Position numbers and translations under genes: made by a program. The notes under the pieces are model-generated. The model had not been told where the DNA came from. It saw nothing but the letters and a program-made list of their open reading frames with translations, and searched no databases. Of a stretch of 64,000 bases of DNA, positions 1-7,291 are shown one piece after another. The stretch lies in NCBI GenBank assembly GCA_037481815.1, contig JBBFKX010000002.1, positions 320,001 to 384,000 on the forward strand. Reading direction: 5' to 3'. The number at the start of each line of letters is the position of its first letter. Within the stretch, counting starts at the first letter, position 1. The stretch comes from a candidate division WOR-3 bacterium. Lineage in GTDB: Bacteria > Hydrothermota > 32-111.

Positions 1-1619
1 GTTACAATAGTGTTCCATGTTGCTCCGTTGTTGGTTGAATATTCAATGTTAACATTTGAAATGGTTCCCTCTGTTTGCCAGACAATCGGATACTTATTTG
101 AAGCTATCAGTGTATCATTTCCATTGATTTTGAGTATCTTTATTTCAGGTCTCTTTATAGTGAAAGAAAAATTGGATATATCAAACACCGAAGAGTTTGC
201 AGCATCAGAAATTTTTAGAAGACATTGAGAAGACGGTGTTAAAGGAACTGTCCAGACAAAAGAACCATCGTTTGGATCTGACGCATCTATCGTTGACCAA
301 CTTGAACCATTATTGGTGGAATATTCTATCTTTACATTAGCAAAAGATCCACTCCAATTCCAGTTTACAGGATATTTTTCTCCAACTATCAACTGTTCAC
401 CACCATTCGGATAAGTTATATCTATCTGTGCTGTTACTATACTTGATTGTGAATTTGAGATATCATAGCAGTTCACATCGTTAACATTTGTTATTCTTAT
501 CAAAAGGTTTGTTGTTGAAATGTTTGGAACAGTCCATAAATAACTACCATCACATGCGGTAGATGTTATGATAGAGTTCCAGTTCACTCCACCATCAGAA
601 GAATATTCCAACTTAACATTAGCGATAGAACCTTCCCAATCCCAACTTATGTTCGCCTTTGTACCTGCCACAAAAGTTTCTCCTCCATTCGGTGTTAAAA
701 GGGTAAGGGAAGTTGAAAGTATTGAAAAAGTATAATCGGATATATCATAAACAGCTGGATTTGACACATTCGTAATCTTTAACAAACATTTAGATGATGG
801 ATTTATCGAAGGTATCAACCAGTTATGACTCCCATCATTTGTGGTTGAAGTTGTTATACTGTTCCAGATGTTTCCAGAATCAGCAGAATATTCAAGTTTA
901 ACACTTGTAAAAGATCCACTCCAGAGCCAGTATATCGGATAATATTTTCCTGTAATGTATTGCTCTCCACCATTTGGAGTGATCAAAGTTAAACTATTGT
1001 TTGCAATGGTAAAAGTATTTTCTGTTACAGCAAAAGAATTTGGATCTGTAGTGTTGGTTACTCTTATTTTACACTGATTTGAAGGAAAGTTTGGAACACT
1101 CCAAATGTATTCTCCATCGTTTGGAGTAGAACTTGTGATAACCGTCCAGTTTGTTCCTCCATCTGTTGTGTATTCAAGTTTGACATTCGCAAAAACTCCT
1201 GTCCAATCCCAATGAATCGGATAATTTTCTCCAATAATAAGAATATCGTTCTGAACTGGTTTTTTAATAAATATTTCAGGCCTTGATATTACAAAGAAAG
1301 TATCACTGACATCAAAGTCGTTTGGATCGGATGGATTTGAAATTCTTATTTTACATGTAAGTGATGGATTATTTGGAACGGTCCAGAGATAATCTCCATC
1401 GTTTTGTGTTGAACTGTATATCAGAACCCAGTTTGTACCACCATCAATTGAATACTCCAACCTTGCTGATGTTGCATTACCTGTGATATCCCAATGTATA
1501 GGCATCTGATTTCCGACTATATAATTTTCATTTCCATTTGGAGTTCTTAAATTAAAGGATGCGGAAAATATTGAAATTGAGAATAAAAATAAAAATATTA
1601 ATAGAAAAATTTTTCTCAT
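1..1619 (-). CDS. Secreted surface protein with at least 6 tandem ~94-aa Ig-like repeats (Kre9/Knh1-like, PNGGE type); partial, runs off the left edge
   Basis: Not in the ORF track. Translated by hand from ATG 1619 (AGGAGG RBS upstream): MRKIFLLIFLFLFSISIFSA signal peptide, then repeats of TPNGGE..W..VKLEYSxDGGxNW..NDGxYxWxVP..CxIRI. No stop before position 1. Confidence 0.85.
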   Translation of the reverse strand, partial: MRKIFLLIFLFLFSISIFSASFNLRTPNGNENYIVGNQMPIHWDITGNATSARLEYSIDGGTNWVLIYSSTQNDGDYLWTVPNNPSLTCKIRISNPSDPNDFDVSDTFFVISRPEIFIKKPVQNDILIIGENYPIHWDWTGVFANVKLEYTTDGGTNWTVITSSTPNDGEYIWSVPNFPSNQCKIRVTNTTDPNSFAVTENTFTIANNSLTLITPNGGEQYITGKYYPIYWLWSGSFTSVKLEYSADSGNIWNSITTSTTNDGSHNWLIPSINPSSKCLLKITNVSNPAVYDISDYTFSILSTSLTLLTPNGGETFVAGTKANISWDWEGSIANVKLEYSSDGGVNWNSIITSTACDGSYLWTVPNISTTNLLIRITNVNDVNCYDISNSQSSIVTAQIDITYPNGGEQLIVGEKYPVNWNWSGSFANVKIEYSTNNGSSWSTIDASDPNDGSFVWTVPLTPSSQCLLKISDAANSSVFDISNFSFTIKRPEIKILKINGNDTLIASNKYPIVWQTEGTISNVNIEYSTNNGATWNTIV

Positions 1620-1666
1620 TGAGACCTCCTCTTAGAAAATAATTTTATCTTTCAAATCAATAACAG

Positions 1667-2134
1667 TCAAGAGATTTCAACAAACTCTGTTGTCACAGGT
1701 TTTGGACTCTTTACAGATAAAAAGATTGCAACTTCATCAGAAATATTTTCAAAGTTATGAACAACCCCCTTTGAAGCATAAGCCATATCCCCCTGTTGCA
1801 ACACCTGAAATTTTCCATCAATGTAAAACTTAATTTTTCCTCTTAAAACAAAAAACAGCTCATCGTTTCCAGGGTGTTTATGCAATGGAACTTTTGAACC
1901 AACAGGCATGTTGTATATGAAGGGAGACAATATTTCTAAACTGTCAAAGAAAGGATTAATCTCTATTTTATCAGAATAAGATACCTTCTCACCATAAAAC
2001 ATAAATATTCTTGTTAGATCTTCTTTTTCTATCTCAACGAATTTCTCTTTTGGAGATTTACAGTTTGGACAAAAATCAGGAGGATTATTACCTTTATGGA
2101 TATAACCACAAACCGAACATTTAAAAATTTTCAT
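1667..2134 (-). CDS. Rubredoxin-like domain fused to a cupin domain
   Basis: CSVCGY..PPDFCPNC rubredoxin knuckles; cupin motifs PLHKHPGNDELFFVLRG and GVVHNFEN. ATG 2134 follows AGGAG. Confidence 0.85.
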   Translation of the reverse strand: MKIFKCSVCGYIHKGNNPPDFCPNCKSPKEKFVEIEKEDLTRIFMFYGEKVSYSDKIEINPFFDSLEILSPFIYNMPVGSKVPLHKHPGNDELFFVLRGKIKFYIDGKFQVLQQGDMAYASKGVVHNFENISDEVAIFLSVKSPKPVTTEFVEIS

Positions 2135-2146
2135 AAACACTCCTTT

Positions 2147-2518
2147 TTAGAAAATTGATAGACTACTCAATGGTACAAAATAAGCAAAAAGAGCCCCAAG
2201 AACAATACCTGTTAAACACCCTAAACACGCTTCAGGTGGCATACCCTCTAACTCGTTCATAAGGTCTGATGCACCACCTATAACATATATTACTCCCATT
2301 AACCCAAGACCTATACATACTGCTGTGACACACCATGATGGTGGTTCTGAATTTTGATCAAAAGCTGTCACACTTTGATTTAATACAAATCCACCAGATA
2401 TGAGTGAACTTAACACTTTTTGTCTATGAGATATTTTTCTTGTTTTGAAAACAACATCTCCAAAACAGATGTTAACAATCAAAACAAATATTAACAAAAT
2501 GGAAACTATCTTTTTCAT
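2147..2518 (-). CDS. Hypothetical exported/membrane protein with two Cys-pair + Gly-rich hydrophobic segments
   Basis: MKK signal peptide, GGGAG RBS, segments WCVTAVCIGLGLMG and ACLGCLTGIVLG. Confidence 0.7.
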   Translation of the reverse strand: MKKIVSILLIFVLIVNICFGDVVFKTRKISHRQKVLSSLISGGFVLNQSVTAFDQNSEPPSWCVTAVCIGLGLMGVIYVIGGASDLMNELEGMPPEACLGCLTGIVLGALFAYFVPLSSLSIF

Positions 2519-2530
2519 AAAGAACTCCCC

Positions 2531-2767
2531 TCAAATCTGAAATGCGTATACTATCATAGCCCCCACAACAAACCCGGCAATACAGGAGAGAGTCAAACAT
2601 TCGATTCCACCTTCATCCTGCATTTTTGAAAATGCATTTGTATAATGTTTATTAAAATTGTCGCTCTGATTCAAGGATTCAAAATCTGGTAATAAAGATT
2701 TTAAACTAGAAAGAAAACCTGAAAAAAGGATGAAAAATAAAAGAGAATAAATTATAACAGTTTTCAT
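2531..2767 (-). CDS. Small hypothetical membrane protein
   Basis: AGGAG RBS; ATGA overlap with the upstream gene; hydrophobic N-terminus; C-terminal ECLTLSCIAGFVVG segment. Confidence 0.65.
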   Translation of the reverse strand: MKTVIIYSLLFFILFSGFLSSLKSLLPDFESLNQSDNFNKHYTNAFSKMQDEGGIECLTLSCIAGFVVGAMIVYAFQI

Positions 2768-4041
2768 TTTTCCTCCTTAATTTTTTCTTTTAAATATTTG
2801 AATACAACATAATTTCCTTTTTCATTGATATGTGTATTATTTTTTCTGTAAAGTTCTTCTCCTTTTTCATAACATATTTTAAAAGTATCAACAAGTGAGA
2901 AAAATTTTAAATCATATTTTTTTAATATTCTCTCAATTTTTCGATCAGCAAAATCCCATTCTTTGAATTGCACAGAAGCGTTTTCCATCAAATCCTTTTG
3001 AAGAGTTTTGTCAACGGCGAACTGATCTGGAATTATCAAAAAATAAACTTTCTTTTTTCTCTCTTTGAAAAATCTTGTAATAGATTCAATATTTTTTTCA
3101 AAAAATCTCCACTCTTTATCATAAGAATTTTCAATCAAAATTTTTGACCTTCGATTTTCGATGTTAATAAAATTTTCTTCTGATAGATCCCCAGATACAT
3201 TTTTTAATTGTAAAAATGAGAGAAAATTTTTAATCAGGTTTACACTTTTTAAATTATTTATCGAATAATTGTTTTCAGGATAGTAAATCTCTGTGATATC
3301 ATTACCTGAAAATATCATAATGAAAGTCATATCCGAAGATGTTTTATCAAAATAATTAACAAGAATTTCATAGTAATCTTTCGGCGAATTACCAGGTTGA
3401 GAAAGGTTTATAACTTCATATCCGAGAGAATCCTCAAACATTTTTATAAAATTGTTCTTATAGTCCACAACTCCAACTCCAAAAGAATCTCCAATAAAAA
3501 GAATTCTTTGTTTTGTTTTTGGTTTATCAAATTCTGTTCCCAAAAAGCCATATCTGTTGACTTTTTCATTGTTGAAATAGGTGTTTGGTTTGAGTTTCAT
3601 AATTTCATCTTTTCTTTTTAAAATATCTATTGGTTTAAAAACATAAAAAATGTTTAAAATTATTTCAAGTGAAAAAAATAGTACAACGAAATTGATATAA
3701 ACAATTTCTAGATTTTCTTGTATTTTTAAACTCTTAAAATATCTTTTAAAAAAATAGATCGTTAAATAAAAAAATCTGTTAAAAGTTATTATGAGGATTT
3801 CAGGGAAGAGGTGTGTTCTAAAAAATATTGAAGTGATAAAAAATGATAATGGAAATGAAAATAAAAAAATTTTGAAATCGAGATGAAAAAAGAGAATAAC
3901 AATAGAAGATATGTAAAATCCGATTATGGTATAGAGATAAGGTAAAAAATATTTTTTTTCAAAAAATATGGTGACAAGAATTATTGTAACAAGAATATAA
4001 ATTTTAAAAATTTTTTCAAATATTTTTGACCTGTTCCTCAC
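2764..4041 (-). CDS. Membrane-anchored SGNH/GDSL hydrolase-family protein (possible O-acyltransferase/esterase)
   Basis: N-terminal TM helices; block I ILFIGDSFG, block II NLSQPG, block III SGND, block V NTHINEKG. Confidence 0.75.
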   Translation of the reverse strand: MRNRSKIFEKIFKIYILVTIILVTIFFEKKYFLPYLYTIIGFYISSIVILFFHLDFKIFLFSFPLSFFITSIFFRTHLFPEILIITFNRFFYLTIYFFKRYFKSLKIQENLEIVYINFVVLFFSLEIILNIFYVFKPIDILKRKDEIMKLKPNTYFNNEKVNRYGFLGTEFDKPKTKQRILFIGDSFGVGVVDYKNNFIKMFEDSLGYEVINLSQPGNSPKDYYEILVNYFDKTSSDMTFIMIFSGNDITEIYYPENNYSINNLKSVNLIKNFLSFLQLKNVSGDLSEENFINIENRRSKILIENSYDKEWRFFEKNIESITRFFKERKKKVYFLIIPDQFAVDKTLQKDLMENASVQFKEWDFADRKIERILKKYDLKFFSLVDTFKICYEKGEELYRKNNTHINEKGNYVVFKYLKEKIKEEK

Positions 4042-4072
4042 AAAAAAATTTTATAAAAAAAATCAAAAAATG

Positions 4073-5338
4073 TCAATCTACCAATTCGTTTAATCTCTTA
4101 ACAGCACAAAAATCGCCACACATTGAACAGACATTACTATCTTCAACTTTGGATTTTTTTCTATATTCTTTAAATTTTTTTTCATCTATTGAAAATTTTG
4201 ACATCTTTTCCCAATCGAGTTTTTTTCTTGCTTTTGACATTTGAGTATTTATTTCAAGAGCATACCTTCTACCAAGGGCAAGATCAGCAGAAAATGCCGC
4301 AATTTTTGACGCAATAACACCTTCTTTAACATCTTCAACATCAGGAAGTTTTAAATGTTCTGCGGGAGTAACATAACATAAGAAATCAGCCCCAAAATAT
4401 GCCGCAAGAGTTCCTCCTATAGCACCTGCAATATGGTCATACCCTGCTGAAATATCATTTACAAGAGGCCCAAGGACATAAAATGGTGCGTTATGTGTAA
4501 CTCTTTTCATTATCTCAATATTTGGTTGTATGTGTTGTAAATATAGGTGTCCTGGCCCTTCAACCATAACTTGAACCTTTTTCTCTCTTGCTCTATCAAC
4601 AAGTTCTCCCAAAATCAAAAGTTCTTCTATCTGCCCCCTATCTGTACCATCCTCGCATGCTCCAGGTCTTAAACCATCACCAAGTGATATTGTAACATTG
4701 TATTCTTTCAAAATATCAAGGATTTCATCATAATATTGATAAAGTGGTGATTCCTTCTTGTTATGTTTCATCCAAGCAATTAAAAATGAACCTCCCCTCG
4801 AAACCACATCCATTATTCTTTTCTCTTTAAAAATTTTATCCATAGAAGATAGGGTAACTCCAGAATGTATAGTCATGAAGTCAACACCATCCTTTGCTTG
4901 TTCTTCAACAGTTTTCAAAAAATCATCTATTTTCATTTCAACTATATCCTTTTTTTTCAAAGAAAGTTCAAATCCAGTTTCGTATATTGGCACAGTTCCA
5001 ACCATAACAGGGCAGAGTTCAAGAATTTTTTTTCTGATAATCTTAATCTTATTCCCCAACGATAGATCCATTACCGAATGAGCACCATACTCAACAGCGA
5101 TTTTCATCTTTTTAATTTCTTCCTCTACATTTATATGCATAGGAGAGGAACCTATATTTGCATTTATTTTTTTTGACAGACCTTTTCCGATGGCATAATA
5201 ATTTTTCTTTTTTCTTCTTATATTATCAGGTAATACAATTGTTCCATTCTTTATTCCTTCAATTATTACAGATTCATCTACTGCATCATTCTTTGCTGCA
5301 TTTTTTATCGCTTCTTTGTGAAACACAATATCTTTCAT
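4073..5338 (-). CDS. thiC: Phosphomethylpyrimidine synthase
   Basis: KINANIGSS, VMDLS, GTVPIY, TIHSG, SRGGS, SLGDGLRPG, EGPGH, CYVTPAEHL, C-terminal CSMCGDFC. ATG 5338 has the RBS (the track uses TTG 5353). Confidence 0.95.
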   Translation of the reverse strand: MKDIVFHKEAIKNAAKNDAVDESVIIEGIKNGTIVLPDNIRRKKKNYYAIGKGLSKKINANIGSSPMHINVEEEIKKMKIAVEYGAHSVMDLSLGNKIKIIRKKILELCPVMVGTVPIYETGFELSLKKKDIVEMKIDDFLKTVEEQAKDGVDFMTIHSGVTLSSMDKIFKEKRIMDVVSRGGSFLIAWMKHNKKESPLYQYYDEILDILKEYNVTISLGDGLRPGACEDGTDRGQIEELLILGELVDRAREKKVQVMVEGPGHLYLQHIQPNIEIMKRVTHNAPFYVLGPLVNDISAGYDHIAGAIGGTLAAYFGADFLCYVTPAEHLKLPDVEDVKEGVIASKIAAFSADLALGRRYALEINTQMSKARKKLDWEKMSKFSIDEKKFKEYRKKSKVEDSNVCSMCGDFCAVKRLNELVD

Positions 5339-6350
5339 AATAACTCCTTTCAATATCCAAAAACTCTTTTATTCTTTTAGATGGATTATCACTTTCATTT
5401 ATATATGAAAGAACAGCAAAATTTTTGAAACCAAGATTCAAAATTTCAATAAGATTGTGCGGTTTTATCCCACCAATCCCTACAGATGGAAGGTTAGAAA
5501 CTCCCAACATTTTCTTTGCCTTATCTAATCCTAAAACTTTATCCTTAATAAGTTTTGAATTTGTTGGATAAATTGGCCCAACTCCAACATAATCAGGATT
5601 TTCTTTTAGACCATTTTTTAGTTGAGACAGATTGTGCGTTGATTTTCCAACGATAATATATTCAGAAAATCTTCTGACATCTTTAACAGAAATATCGGTT
5701 TGACCCACATGGACTCCATCAGCATCTGAAAGTATTGTGATATCAACTCTATCATCAACTATGAACAAGGTTTCACTTCCTTTTGTTATGTTTCTGATAT
5801 TTTTTGCTATGTTTAGAATCTTTTTATCAGAAAGTTTTTTATCTCTGAGTTGTATAACTTTGATTCTGTTTTTTACGGCTATTTCACTTAACTTTTCATA
5901 GCCAACTACAGGATCAGTCATGATAAGATACAAACCAACATTTTGAGGAAAAACTTTTTTTAACAAAACTTTTACAATATCTTTTTCAATCATATAAAGG
6001 TTAAATCTTATTTCTTTAAATTCTTTTGAAATTTTTGAATCTTTGATTTTAAAAATCTCTTCAAGAACTCTTGATGATTCCTGACATCTTCCGATTGAGG
6101 CCCTTATGATATCTCCAAAATTTTTTCTCTCATTTTTGTCATACTCATAAATCTTTCCTGGATCAGTTTCTGTATCACGTTTAAAAATAGTGCCGGCAGA
6201 TATTTTTTTTCTTAAAATGTATAACTTTTCCCTTTGTTTTCTTATTCTTATCAAAAGATTTTCATCTCTTCTTTCAAACCTAACAAAATCCTCTACCAGC
6301 CTTAAACCTTCAGACAACCTGTTTAAATTAACATCTATTATTCTTTCCGT
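5286..6350 (-). CDS. thiE: Thiamine-phosphate synthase with N-terminal ThiD2 (HMP-P kinase) domain; probable ACG start
   Basis: RIIDVNLNRLSEGLRLVED ThiD2-type motif; ThiE motifs QLRDK, DGVHVGQTD, GKSTHN, GPIYPTNSK, IGGI. The conserved motif begins upstream of the track's TTG 6317. Confidence 0.9.
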   Translation of the reverse strand, partial: TERIIDVNLNRLSEGLRLVEDFVRFERRDENLLIRIRKQREKLYILRKKISAGTIFKRDTETDPGKIYEYDKNERKNFGDIIRASIGRCQESSRVLEEIFKIKDSKISKEFKEIRFNLYMIEKDIVKVLLKKVFPQNVGLYLIMTDPVVGYEKLSEIAVKNRIKVIQLRDKKLSDKKILNIAKNIRNITKGSETLFIVDDRVDITILSDADGVHVGQTDISVKDVRRFSEYIIVGKSTHNLSQLKNGLKENPDYVGVGPIYPTNSKLIKDKVLGLDKAKKMLGVSNLPSVGIGGIKPHNLIEILNLGFKNFAVLSYINESDNPSKRIKEFLDIERSYYERYCVSQRSDKKCSKE

Positions 6351-7120
6351 AATTCCTCCTTTATCAACTTATAAGATTTATATCCCGAAAGCAACATTCC
6401 ACCAAAAATTGGTCCCATTCTGAAACCACCAAACACACCGTTAGCAGCCATTCCTGAAACAAAAAAGTTTTTGTAAACTTCTCTTGTATTTTCAACTGTT
6501 TCCCTTTCTCCAAGTTCTGCATTCATAGGTTTTTCACCTTCAATTTTTCCCGATGGAGTGTTGAGTTTTACGTTTGCTTTTTTTACCAGTACAGATGTCA
6601 ATTCCGCAGGATGTCCTGTTGCATCTATGACTTTTTTTGAGATAACAGTCAGAGGATCAACATGCAAAGACATATACTCAACAGGTGTCCAGTTGATCAC
6701 AATTCCACAAACAGCATTATCTTTCAAAACAACATCAACAACTTTTATAAGATTAAATATTTTCAACCCAACTCTTGAACTGTTGTATATCAGTGATGAT
6801 GTTGTTTGAACAGAATCAAGCACAAAATATCCTTCAGATTCTTCTTTTAGTTCTACATTAAACTCTTTAAGTATTTCCACAGCATCTTTTTGAACAACAA
6901 TGCTGTTAAACATCATTCCTCCTCCCCACATTCCTCCACCAGGAGCAAGTTTTGTTTCAAACAGTGCAACTTTAAAACCATCCTTTGCAAGATAGTAGCC
7001 AGCAACAAGACCAGAGGGTCCTCCACCAACGATAGCAACATCAAGATTCAAATTTTCTTTCAGTTTTTCAAAATAGTTTTTCACAATCAGTTCACTTATC
7101 TTTTGATCCTGTAGTATCAT
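6338..7120 (-). CDS. thi4: Sulfide-dependent (non-Cys) adenylated-thiazole synthase
   Basis: GGGPSGL, PGGGMWGGG, HVDPL (His at the position of the yeast sulfur-donor Cys), DATGH, RMGPIFGGMLLSG. Confidence 0.93.
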   Translation of the reverse strand: MILQDQKISELIVKNYFEKLKENLNLDVAIVGGGPSGLVAGYYLAKDGFKVALFETKLAPGGGMWGGGMMFNSIVVQKDAVEILKEFNVELKEESEGYFVLDSVQTTSSLIYNSSRVGLKIFNLIKVVDVVLKDNAVCGIVINWTPVEYMSLHVDPLTVISKKVIDATGHPAELTSVLVKKANVKLNTPSGKIEGEKPMNAELGERETVENTREVYKNFFVSGMAANGVFGGFRMGPIFGGMLLSGYKSYKLIKEELRKE

Positions 7121-7131
7121 AAAAACCTCCT

Positions 7132-7161
7132 AAAATAAAAAAATCAGGTTTTGAACCTGAT
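7132..7161 (-). terminator. Intrinsic terminator of the TPP riboswitch expression platform
   Basis: Minus-strand hairpin ATCAGGTT-CAA-AACCTGAT followed by a T-tract, just upstream of the thi4 RBS. Confidence 0.85.
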
Positions 7162-7260
7162 CTTTCTGATTTCCCTACGGCAGCATTACCTGCATCAGGT
7201 TCAAAGGGTCAACGGTCACACCGTTTTCTCAGCCGCTTACAGCAGCTCCCCTAAAATAGA
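7162..7260 (-). ncRNA. TPP riboswitch (THI element)
   Basis: Minus strand reads GGGGAGC..GCTGAGA..GACCCTTTGAACCTGAT.CAGGTAATGCTGCCGTAGGGAA upstream of the thi operon. P1 boundaries are approximate. Confidence 0.95.
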
Positions 7261-7288
7261 ATTTAACACTTAAAATTTTAAAAGTCAA
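7260..7288 (-). promoter_or_regulatory. Putative sigma70 promoter of the thi leader
   Basis: TTGACT (7288-7283), 17-nt spacer, TAAATT (7265-7260). Confidence 0.55.
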
Positions 7289-7291
7289 CTA

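Noticed and set aside
10..228. 72-aa plus-strand ORF in the track
   Set aside because: Antisense shadow of the long repeat-protein gene on the minus strand
4073..5338. ThiC could be a BzaA/B/F benzimidazole synthase, given B12 genes in the window
   Set aside because: It lies in a TPP-riboswitch operon with thi4 and thiE
6338..6372. Programmed -1 frameshift fusing Thi4 to ThiD2-ThiE
   Set aside because: No X-XXY-YYZ slippery heptamer in the short overlap; a well-placed AGGAGG before ACG explains it more simply. Not formally excluded.
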